The translations under genes and the position numbers were made by a program. A stretch of DNA of 61,594 nt, counting the filler. It is 9 parts of 9 records of this genome, joined end to end, with 100 filler letters (N's around TTAATTAATTAA, not from the genome) between each part and the next. Parts side by side here need not be neighbours in the genome. Positions count along the whole stretch, not along the records: positions 1 to 10,384 come from SRR31147125_145843; positions 10,485 to 16,191 come from SRR31147125_146167; positions 16,292 to 22,108 come from SRR31147125_146211; 6 more parts are not named here. One strand, 5' to 3'. The first letter of the stretch is position 1. Each line of letters opens with the position of its first letter. Positions 9,392-17,901 of the stretch are shown here, one piece after another. A model generated the notes under the pieces. It was not told the origin of the DNA and made no database searches. It saw nothing but the letters and a program-made list of their open reading frames with translations.

Positions 9392-10038
9392 CAAACGCCC
9401 CGGAGTTTGAGATTTTTCGCCATGCCTTTGGCCGCCATGCGGTCGCCAAACCACCATGTGGTGGCCGTCACGGTCAGGTAAAAAATAATCCCTATGGCGT
9501 CCGATATGATGTTCGTGGCCATGGTGGCGGTGAGCTGGGTCTGGTTGATTCTGTCCAGGAGCGCCCACGCTTTGATGGTGATCCAGGTGCTTATCCCGAG
9601 CAGATAAAACGTGATCCCGGGCCGGGCAAAGCCTTTGACCAGATCCAGAGTGCCGAAAAATACCGCCAGCAGTACACCGGCCGGAATGGCTACATACCGA
9701 AGCCATCCTTCAACGTTGAAAAGCCGCTCCATGTATGATTCATCAAAGGCCTTGATTTGCCCCGCTTCAAGGCTGTTTGTAAACGCCTCTGTCTCTGCCA
9801 GCTCCACAGCCCCGGAAACCCGGGCGCTGACAACTTCAATCTGTGCTTTGCTTTCTGCGATGGTGGCGTCGGACTCGGCCTTGACCATAGCCACGTCATG
9901 CTGACGCTGTTTGTCATTGTCCTCCATTTCCAGTGCGGCCAGCTTACGCTTATTGTAGCTGGACCAGATGGTTCCGATAAGACCGGTGATGCCGCCAAGC
10001 ACACCTCCTGTGGCCAGATCACCTAACATTTCAATCAT
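9391..10038 (-). CDS. Multi-TM phage membrane protein, putative holin
   Basis: N-terminal Gly-rich hydrophobic helix, coiled coil, three C-terminal TMs with RPGIT and WWFGDR motifs, basic tail; lysis-module position. Confidence 0.55.
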   Translation of the reverse strand: MIEMLGDLATGGVLGGITGLIGTIWSSYNKRKLAALEMEDNDKQRQHDVAMVKAESDATIAESKAQIEVVSARVSGAVELAETEAFTNSLEAGQIKAFDESYMERLFNVEGWLRYVAIPAGVLLAVFFGTLDLVKGFARPGITFYLLGISTWITIKAWALLDRINQTQLTATMATNIISDAIGIIFYLTVTATTWWFGDRMAAKGMAKNLKLRGV

Positions 10039-10384
10039 GCTGCTTTCCTCCATTGCTCTTTAATGGTTATGCGGGCCTTCCGGCCCCTCATTGCCGTGTT
10101 AAACCGTCTCACCATAGGCCTTGATGCCAGTACAGCCCTTTGGCCGCCAATACGCCCCCATCTTGTCCCCAGGAGGACGCAACCCTGGACATGGGTCTTC
10201 CAACCTTTGGAGACATCGCCTGCGAAATTGCCGGAGTGCATGAGGATCCAAGACCGGCCCTCAACGTCTTTGATGTGAAAGGCCTTCCACCGCCTGGATT
10301 CTCTCCACGCTAAGGGGTAGGTGCCGGGCGGGATACAGGACACGTTTGGCCGGTTATCCCGCCACGGCAGCTCCAGGCAGGGGC
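10035..10384 (-). CDS. DUF5675-family protein (putative L,D-peptidase-type endolysin), 5' truncated
   Basis: LELPWRDN...SCIPPGTY...DVEGRSWILMHSGN...GCVLLG. Confidence 0.75.
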
Positions 10385-10484
10385 NNNNNNNNNNNNNNNN
10401 NNNNNNNNNNNNNNNNNNNNNNNNNNNNTTAATTAATTAANNNNNNNNNNNNNNNNNNNNNNNNNNNNNNNNNNNNNNNNNNNN
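10385..10484. other. Artificial contig linker
   Basis: 100 nt of N around TTAATTAATTAA (stops in all six frames). Confidence 0.99.
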
Positions 10485-10537
10485 TATACTGCAAGTCAGG
10501 AAACCTGCCTTAAATTTGGATAAAACTTCGGTGGGAG
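10485..10537 (+). promoter_or_regulatory. 3' end of a cobalamin (B12) riboswitch, truncated by the contig edge
   Basis: GCAAGTCAGGAAACCTGCC (10491-10509) matches the conserved B12-box (AGYCAGRAGACCTGCC-like) and is followed by an antiterminator-like CGGTGGGAG. Confidence 0.78.
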
Positions 10538-10600
10538 GTTTGATTGCCATTATATTTTTTGTATTGTCTTTTTGACTATGTATAGTATAATTGTAATTCG

Positions 10601-10632
10601 CTCGTACCGATTTTAATGGTAGGAGTTTTTTT
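10601..10632 (+). terminator. Intrinsic terminator in the 5' leader (riboswitch expression platform)
   Basis: CTCGTACC-loop-GGTAGGAG hairpin followed by T7, about 55 nt before the start codon. Confidence 0.75.
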
Positions 10633-10686
10633 ATGCTCAAATTTTCTACTAATTTTAAAAATATAAACATAATGAGGAGAAAGTAA

Positions 10687-12297
10687 ATGAAAAAGATTAT
10701 TGTAGTTTTATTAGCACTTATGATGCTTTTGACTGTTGGCTGTAGTGCAACTTCGGACGTAGCCGAGCAAAGCACACCTCAATCAGTTGAAGAAGAAGCA
10801 ACGGTTGATGCTACTGAGGAAGTAGAGGAGAGCGTTGATCTTGATGCTCAAATCGTTATCGCAGGTCACAGAAATCTAGCACCTGGAGAAAAGGATGCTT
10901 ATTATTGTAACTCCGTACTATTGGTATGGGAGCCACTAATTACTAAAGACGCTTCTTATGCACCTACTGGCAAACTAGTTGATACATACTCAGCAAATGA
11001 AGATTCTACTGTCTGGACTTTTAATCTAAAACAAGGTGTGAAGTTTCACGACGGAGTTGATTTTAATGCTGATGCAGTTATAGCTAACTTTGATCGTATG
11101 AAACTAGGTAAAAAGTCTTCTAATTTTTACTCACTTGATATAGACAAGACTTATCCTGGTTTATCAGAAGTTAATAAAGTTGATGATTATACTGTTGAGC
11201 TTGTTTTTGAAAACTCACTTCCAACATTGGATTACAGCATGACAGATTTTGGAAGCCCAATGTTTAGTCCAAACAACTTTGATGAAGAAGGAAACTTTAA
11301 CGGATTACCAATGGGAACAGGACCTTTCAAATTGACTGAGAATGTTTTGGATGAGTATTGTGTTCTTGAAAGAAATGAAGAGTACTATGGTGAAAAAGCA
11401 AATGCAAAATCAATAAAAGTAAGGGTTATTGCTGACCCTGATACAAGATTTGCTGCTCTTAAAGCAGAAGAAATTATGGGTGTCATTGACCTTGGGGCTA
11501 TCCAACCAATTATGGGTAAGGAACTTATCAAAGATGAAAGATTCTCTGATTCACAAACTCCAAGCACAATTACACATAACTTGATTGTTAATGGTAACAA
11601 AGCACCATTTGATGATGTAAAAATGAGACAAGCTGTTAGCTTGCTTATTGATAGACAATTAATCGTTGATAGCTTTTATGCTGGGGTTGGAGAACCAACA
11701 GTAAACTTTTTGAACCAATGTACACCTTTTATAAAAGATTATGAGGTTAAGCAAGATGTTGAAAAAGCAAAGAGTTTAGCAAAAGAAGTGTTGGGCGATG
11801 AAAAAGCAAGCATAAAGATGATTTTAAGGCAAGGCGAAATTGATAGATATCCTAATAAGGAAGAAGCTGAACTATTACAAGCACAATTGCTTGAAATAGG
11901 ATTGGATGCAGAAATTGTTATTTTAGAAAACTCTGCTTGGTCAGAAGCTATGAAAGCTGGAGACTTTGATATATGTATTAAAGTTCTTGGAATGTCAACA
12001 ACAGAGCCGAATACGCTGTTTAAGAAAGTTATGCTTACAGGTTATAGCTTGAACAAATCTTGGTCTATTGGATATTCTGACGAGTATACTGATTCTTTGA
12101 TTACTGGTGTTGATAGCGAGCTGGATATGGATAAGCGTATTGCTACATATGATGAGCTTCAGCAAATCGGTGTAGATCAATTGCCAATTATTCCACTATT
12201 CTATGATATGACATACATTGCATATAACAATAAAATTGAAAACTATGAAGCTTCATATTACGGAGTAACACTTGATAAAGTAAAATGGGCTGAATAA
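10687..12297 (+). CDS. ABC transporter substrate-binding lipoprotein, SBP family 5 (NikA/OppA-like)
   Basis: Lipobox LTVGC, WTFNLKQGVKFHDG, GTGPFKL, PFDDVKMRQA. Confidence 0.92.
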   Translation: MKKIIVVLLALMMLLTVGCSATSDVAEQSTPQSVEEEATVDATEEVEESVDLDAQIVIAGHRNLAPGEKDAYYCNSVLLVWEPLITKDASYAPTGKLVDTYSANEDSTVWTFNLKQGVKFHDGVDFNADAVIANFDRMKLGKKSSNFYSLDIDKTYPGLSEVNKVDDYTVELVFENSLPTLDYSMTDFGSPMFSPNNFDEEGNFNGLPMGTGPFKLTENVLDEYCVLERNEEYYGEKANAKSIKVRVIADPDTRFAALKAEEIMGVIDLGAIQPIMGKELIKDERFSDSQTPSTITHNLIVNGNKAPFDDVKMRQAVSLLIDRQLIVDSFYAGVGEPTVNFLNQCTPFIKDYEVKQDVEKAKSLAKEVLGDEKASIKMILRQGEIDRYPNKEEAELLQAQLLEIGLDAEIVILENSAWSEAMKAGDFDICIKVLGMSTTEPNTLFKKVMLTGYSLNKSWSIGYSDEYTDSLITGVDSELDMDKRIATYDELQQIGVDQLPIIPLFYDMTYIAYNNKIENYEASYYGVTLDKVKWAE

Positions 12298-13238
12298 TGT
12301 TTGCTTATTTCTTGAAAAGAATTTTACATGTTTTCCCTGTTCTTTTCATGATCACAGTATGTGCTTTTTTCCTGGGAGTAATAACTCCTGGGGATCCAGC
12401 ATATATTGCTCTTACAAGAGACGGTTTGACTGAGCCTACCGAGCAGGAAGTACTAGAAAAAAGACATGAGTTGGGACTGGATCTACCATACCACGAACAA
12501 TACTTTAAATGGATGAAGAAAGCAGTAGTGCTGGATTTTGGAGATAGTATATATACTGGTGAAGATATATCTGAAGAGATTAAAAGACGATTTCCTGTTA
12601 CTATAAAATTGTCTTTAAGTGCAGTGCTTTTAACGACTATATTAGGAATTGCTTTTGGCTGTATTATGACGTTTTATAAAGATAAATTTATAGATGTCGT
12701 GATGCGGTTTTTTGCTACTCTTGTTTCTTCTGTGCCAAGCTTTTGGATGGCGATTATTTTGATAACAGTTTTTGCAGAAACGCTTCATTTGTTGCCAACA
12801 AGCGGTAACGAATCTAATAAATCTTATATATTACCTACAGTGGTTTTATCACTATCAACAATAGGGTTTGTATCAAGGCTGACAAGAGCAAGCTTTATTG
12901 GTGTTCTGTCAAAGGATTATTTAGTATTGGCAAATGCTAAGGGGCTAAAAAGCTTTACAATCGGCTTAATTCATATTTTTAAAAACGGCATAATTCCTAT
13001 TATAACTTTTTTAGGTCTCTATTTCGCATCAATTTTAGGTGGTGCAAGTATTGTAGAAACTATATTTTCATTGCCTGGTATCGGAAGCTATGCGATTGAA
13101 TCGATATACGCAAAAGACTACTATGTTATTCAAGCTTATGTTTTGATAACTGGCAGTACTTATGTTTTTGTAACCATATTGGTTGATATGCTTTGCTTTG
13201 CTATTAATCCTAAGCTTAAGGAAGGTGAGACGATATGA
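12297..13238 (+). CDS. ABC permease (NikB/OppB-like)
   Basis: PGDPA, LGLDLPYHEQY, EAA-loop region ANAKGL, ETIFSLPGIG. Confidence 0.92.
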   Translation: MFAYFLKRILHVFPVLFMITVCAFFLGVITPGDPAYIALTRDGLTEPTEQEVLEKRHELGLDLPYHEQYFKWMKKAVVLDFGDSIYTGEDISEEIKRRFPVTIKLSLSAVLLTTILGIAFGCIMTFYKDKFIDVVMRFFATLVSSVPSFWMAIILITVFAETLHLLPTSGNESNKSYILPTVVLSLSTIGFVSRLTRASFIGVLSKDYLVLANAKGLKSFTIGLIHIFKNGIIPIITFLGLYFASILGGASIVETIFSLPGIGSYAIESIYAKDYYVIQAYVLITGSTYVFVTILVDMLCFAINPKLKEGETI

Positions 13239-14044
13239 ATATAAAAATACCGCTTACAATTCTTGCTCTGATACTTTTGTTCAGTATATTTGCCCCGCTA
13301 ATTGCCCCATATGATCCTTTAGAAATTGATATGACAAGTAGGCTAGAAGAACCAAGTTTTGAGCATATGCTAGGAACTGACTCGCTTGGTCGCGATACAC
13401 TTAGCAGAGTTTTACATGGTGGGAGGCAGTCCATAATTCTAGCTTTTATTGCTACTAACCTTTCTATGATTATAGGTGTGATTGTGGGCTTTCTTGCAGG
13501 GTATTATGGAGGAAAAACAGACAGCGTTATTACAAGCGTCACCAATATGTTTATGGGTCTTCCTGATATAAGTATTATGATTGCAGTTGTAGGGATTATG
13601 GGACCTGCTGTTAAAAGTCTTTTGGTCGCAATTATCATAAACTCGTGGACTTCATTTTCCAGATTGGTTCGGATTGAAACTATGCATGTGAAAAAGGAAT
13701 ATTTTGTCGATGGCCTAAAAAACATTGGTGCTAAGGATTTTTATATATTTTATTCGCATATTTTACCCAATCTTTCGGACACGTTGATTATTGTTTTTGT
13801 ATCGAGAATAGGCAGTATTATTTTAAGTGTAGCTGCTTTAAGCTATTTGGGTTTAGGGTTAAGTCCGCCGTATCCTGATTGGGCAATTATGATTAGCGAT
13901 GCTAGAACGTATTTTAGAAGCAACCCAATGCTTGTACTTGCACCTGGTATATGTATTGTTGTATTTGTGTGGTGTGTTCATAGTATTGGCGATGCAATTA
14001 GAGATAAATTGGATGTAAGAGGTGATATCGATGGCGACATCTAA
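13235..14044 (+). CDS. ABC permease (NikC/OppC-like)
   Basis: HMLGTDSLGRD, HILPN, LSYLGLG..PP.PDW. Confidence 0.92.
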   Translation: MNIKIPLTILALILLFSIFAPLIAPYDPLEIDMTSRLEEPSFEHMLGTDSLGRDTLSRVLHGGRQSIILAFIATNLSMIIGVIVGFLAGYYGGKTDSVITSVTNMFMGLPDISIMIAVVGIMGPAVKSLLVAIIINSWTSFSRLVRIETMHVKKEYFVDGLKNIGAKDFYIFYSHILPNLSDTLIIVFVSRIGSIILSVAALSYLGLGLSPPYPDWAIMISDARTYFRSNPMLVLAPGICIVVFVWCVHSIGDAIRDKLDVRGDIDGDI

Positions 14045-14965
14045 TATTGAGATACAAGATCTAAATATAACGTTTAACACAAAATTTGGTGATGTTAGGG
14101 CGGTTAAAAATGCTAGTATTGCATTTGAGAGCAACAGAGCAACAGGGATAATAGGTGAAAGCGGAAGTGGGAAGTCGCTTTTGGCGATGTCTATTTTAAA
14201 GCTTTTACCGCCAGAGGCAGTATATCTGGGGCTTGTATTTATAATGAAAAAAACTTATTTAAATTGGGTAAAAAGGATATACGAAATATTCGTGGTAAAG
14301 AGATAGCTTTTGTTCCTCAAAACCCGATAAACGCTATGAATCCTGTGCTTACTATTGGTAGACAGCTTATAGAGCACACAGTTATGTATCTTGGAATATC
14401 TAAAAGAGAAGCAAGAAACTTGTGTGAAGAATATATAACTGCTTTTGGTCTTGAAAATCCTCATAAAATTATGAAGTCTTACTCGTTTCAGCTAAGCGGA
14501 GGAATGAATCAGGTTGTTCTGTTTATTATGGGTATTATTTGCAAACCATCATTTATTATTGCGGATGAACCAACAAAGGGTTTAGACAGTAAGATTCGTA
14601 AAAATGTGTATGATAATCTATTGCGCATAAAACAAAGCTATGTGAAAAGTATGGTTATTATATCTCATGATTTATACTTTGCTAATAAAATATGTGATGT
14701 GCTTATCGTTATGTATCGTGGTGAGATTGTAGAGATTGGGAAAAGCTATGATATTATAAATAACCCAAGGCATCCATATACAAAAAAACTAGTCAAGTCT
14801 ACTGTGAAAAATGGCATGATACCGATAAAAAAGATCGATGAAAAAACATGCGAAGAAGGATGTAGCTTTTATAGCTATTGTTTGCTAAGGACAGAAAAAT
14901 GTATAAAAGATATTAAGCTAAACAAAATTGATGAAGCTAGAGTGAGGTGTGCAATTTATGATTAA
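14031..14965 (+). CDS. ABC ATPase (NikD/OppD-like), split by a frameshift near 14220
   Basis: Walker A GESGSGKS in the first ORF; LSGGMNQ, ADEPT and HPYT in ORF 14264-14965. Confidence 0.88.
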
Positions 14966-15680
14966 AGTAGAAAACATCTCAATGAATTTTGGTAAAAAAC
15001 AAGTGCTAAAAGATATAAATTTTGAAATTAAAAAAGGTACAAAGTTTGCTATAGTTGGAGACAGCGGATGTGGGAAGTCTACACTTGCAAGGATTATAAC
15101 GAATTTAGTCCACCCCACTGATGGGAAAATCATCTTGCAAGGCAAAGAGGTAAATTCACTAAGTCGGCTTGAAAAAGCTAAGCACATACAGATGGTATTT
15201 CAACATCCCATCAGTAGCTTTGATCCAAAGAAAAAACTGAAAGCACAGCTAGAGGAAGTCATTAAAATTAACAGTTTATCGGTTGATATAGCAAAATATC
15301 TTGAAAATTTTGGTCTTAGTGAGAATCTTCTAGATCGCTATACATTTCAGATAAGTGGTGGTGAAGCGCAGAGACTTTCTATAATACGAAGTATTATACT
15401 TAGCCCAGAAGTCTTGATATTGGACGAGCCAACATCTATGCTTGATGTTTCAACTCAAGCCGAAGTATTCCACTATCTAGATAAATATCAGCAAAGAAGC
15501 CGAGCAACATTAATATTAATTTCTCATGATATCGAATTAGTCAGCAGGTTTTGTGACGATATCGTTATTATTAATGATGGGGAAATAATTGAGATGGATA
15601 CAGTGCAAAATGTTTTACATTCGCCAAAGTGCGAATATACTAGAACGCTTATAGAGAATTTTAATTTTTTTTATGAGTAG
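14958..15680 (+). CDS. ABC ATPase (NikE/OppF-like)
   Basis: GDSGCGKST, ISGGEAQR, ILDEPTS, ISHD. Confidence 0.92.
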   Translation: MIKVENISMNFGKKQVLKDINFEIKKGTKFAIVGDSGCGKSTLARIITNLVHPTDGKIILQGKEVNSLSRLEKAKHIQMVFQHPISSFDPKKKLKAQLEEVIKINSLSVDIAKYLENFGLSENLLDRYTFQISGGEAQRLSIIRSIILSPEVLILDEPTSMLDVSTQAEVFHYLDKYQQRSRATLILISHDIELVSRFCDDIVIINDGEIIEMDTVQNVLHSPKCEYTRTLIENFNFFYE

Positions 15681-15688
15681 GAGATATA

Positions 15689-16191
15689 ATGAATTATAGC
15701 TTATATATTAGTCAATTAAAAGATAAAACAGATAAAATGTGGCTCGATACGATTATCAGTTCGAATGAAAAATCATACAAACGCGCTTTTAGCGATGAGG
15801 TAGAAACGGATTTTTGGAAAGAACATAGCAAAGTCTACGATAAACTCCCATCGCTATTCACTTATGCTCCGCAAGTTTTTGACGATATCGTTGAAATAAT
15901 CGGAATTAATAAAAACATAATTGAGCTTGGAGCGGGTACAGGTCAGTTTACTATTCCTATGTCTAAAGTGCAAAAATCTGTCATAGCAGTTGATTTTTCG
16001 AAAGATATGCTGAATAAACTTGAGGCGAAGGCAAAGGAAATAGATAACATAAAGACCATTAACTGCAAGATTGAAGAAATGGACGGAATAAATGCTGATG
16101 TGATTTTTGGTGTTAACTGTATTTATCGGATTCTGGATATGAAGTCATGTATTAATAATCTTAGAAATATGGTATCGCAAAAGATACTTTT
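15689..16191 (+). CDS. Class I SAM-dependent methyltransferase, 3' truncated
   Basis: IIELGAGTGQFT motif I, AVDFSKDML motif II; starts 8 nt after the ABC operon. Confidence 0.85.
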
Positions 16192-16291
16192 NNNNNNNNN
16201 NNNNNNNNNNNNNNNNNNNNNNNNNNNNNNNNNNNTTAATTAATTAANNNNNNNNNNNNNNNNNNNNNNNNNNNNNNNNNNNNNNNNNNNN
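16192..16291. other. Artificial contig linker
   Basis: N/TTAATTAATTAA spacer. Confidence 0.99.
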
Positions 16292-16588
16292 CGGGCGCAG
16301 CCCCTTGTGATGGGGGAGAATAAAGCGCAGCGGCCAGATAATGTGGGGGGCGGCTTGTAACAGAACCTCACGCTCTCTCAGCGCTTCACGTACCAAGCGA
16401 AATTCGTAATACTCGAGATAGCGGAGGCCGCCATGAATCAGTTTAGTGGACGCGGAAGACGTTCCATTCGCCAGATCATTTTGTTCGCAGAGAAACACGG
16501 ACAGGCCCCTGCCGGCTGCATCGCGGGCGATTCCGCATCCGTTGATGCCGCCGCCGACAATAGCCAGATCGTAAATTCCGTTTTCCAT
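16292..16588 (-). CDS. glpD: Glycerol-3-phosphate dehydrogenase, N-terminal fragment
   Basis: GGGINGCGIARDAAGRG, GTSSASTKLIHGGLRYLE. Confidence 0.93.
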
Positions 16589-16663
16589 CGGGATTATTTC
16601 ATCCGCTTAAGGTTTGCTGCCTGACCGGTCGCCCAGAGACAACCCTTTCTCACTCACACGTTG

Positions 16664-17434
16664 TTATTCCTTACCGGCCACAACGATCTCAACCTCGTTG
16701 CGGCGGCAGACATCAATCAGTTTCTCGGAAAACGGGCCATCGGTTACAATCGTGTCTACCTCCCCGATATGACAGAGACGTACCGGCGCGGTCCGCTCGA
16801 GTTTGAGCCGGTCGGCAACCAGGATCACGTGACGTGCGTTATTGATTATGGCCTGGGCGACACGCACCTCCCTCAGGTCGTAGTCGAGCAGCGAGCCGTC
16901 CTCATCGATTGCAGAGACGCCGATTACCGCATAGTCGACCTTGAACTGGTTGATGAAATCGATTGCCGCATCACCGACAATGCCCCCGTCCGACAACCTG
17001 ACGAGCCCTCCGGCCAGGATAAGTTCGATGCCGATGAACTGCTTCATGATGTGCACGGCGTTCACGTTATTGCTGATGACCAGCAGCCCGTGATGCGCGT
17101 GGAGGGCGTGGGCGACCTGCTCCGTGGTCGTGCCGATATTGATGAGCAGAGAAGAGTTATCCGGGATCAGTTCAGCGGCCTTGCGGCCGATCAGCTTTTT
17201 GCTTTCAGGCGCGAGCAGCCTGCGGGCATCGTAGCTGACGTTTTCGATCCCCGACCCGACGACGGCACCACCGTGGACCCTTTGGAGAATGCGCCGGTCG
17301 CAGAGTTCGTTGAGATCCTTGCGGATGGTCTGGGGAGATACGGAGAAGGCTCTCGACAACTCGTCAACCTCTACCCGTCCCTGCTCCCTGGCTACAGTGA
17401 GTATATTGCTCTGTCGTGTTGAAAGTGATTCCAT
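16664..17434 (-). CDS. glpR: DeoR/GlpR family transcriptional regulator
   Basis: VSPQTIRKDL HTH, RVHGGA, INIGTTTE; lies upstream of glpD. Confidence 0.88.
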   Translation of the reverse strand: MESLSTRQSNILTVAREQGRVEVDELSRAFSVSPQTIRKDLNELCDRRILQRVHGGAVVGSGIENVSYDARRLLAPESKKLIGRKAAELIPDNSSLLINIGTTTEQVAHALHAHHGLLVISNNVNAVHIMKQFIGIELILAGGLVRLSDGGIVGDAAIDFINQFKVDYAVIGVSAIDEDGSLLDYDLREVRVAQAIINNARHVILVADRLKLERTAPVRLCHIGEVDTIVTDGPFSEKLIDVCRRNEVEIVVAGKE

Positions 17435-17475
17435 GGTCGTTCCCGTCTCTTTGGTGTTTCATTCACTTGACGGAG

Positions 17476-17537
17476 ATTATGCTACCATTTAAGGGAAATG
17501 TCAATTTCATATGAAAGACATTCGTGCTATAAACGAA
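17476..17537 (-). promoter_or_regulatory. Sigma70 promoter for glpR-glpD with adjacent candidate operators
   Basis: Minus strand TTGACA (17504-17499), 17 nt, CATAAT (17481-17476); palindromes TTTCATATGAAA (17505-17516) and TTCG-N9-CGAA (17521-17537). Confidence 0.65.
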
Positions 17538-17598
17538 AGTGATAAGGGGAAGAATTTCCTGGAAAAACTACATCTGTCTACCGGGTAGACTGGAGAGA

Positions 17599-17826
17599 TC
17601 ACCCGCCGCCGATAGACGGGAGAAACGAGACGCGATCGCCGTCGTGCAGGCGGTGGTCAAATCCGCCTTCCTTGCTGTTTATATAGATGGATTCAACCAT
17701 CCGGGTATGTATGCCGAGATGGTCGAGAAGAGAGGTAATCGTAGCGGGTTCATCGATGTCGACCGCCGCCTTCGAGAAGCGGTCTTCCCGCAACGGTGGA
17801 TAGAGGGTAACGGTTACGGAAATCAT
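17599..17826 (-). CDS. MoaD/ThiS ubiquitin-like sulfur-carrier protein
   Basis: 75 aa beta-grasp pattern ending LHDGDRVSFLPSIGGG. Confidence 0.85.
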   Translation of the reverse strand: MISVTVTLYPPLREDRFSKAAVDIDEPATITSLLDHLGIHTRMVESIYINSKEGGFDHRLHDGDRVSFLPSIGGG

Positions 17827-17901
17827 CTCAGCTGGAATATGCTGGTCTGTGCAGTTACGCATTCCGGCTGTCGATGCCGGTCGGCATGGCCGGAACAGGC
17901 A

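Larger units (their letters stand above)
1..10384 (-). mobile_element. Mu-like transposable prophage, late operon fragment
   Basis: Fifteen co-oriented, mostly overlapping genes in Mu late-gene order. Confidence 0.92.

Noticed and set aside
9182-9706. 174-aa ORF ending in the zinc finger
   Set aside because: The N-terminal part overlaps the holin-like gene out of frame; the real start is ATG 9391.
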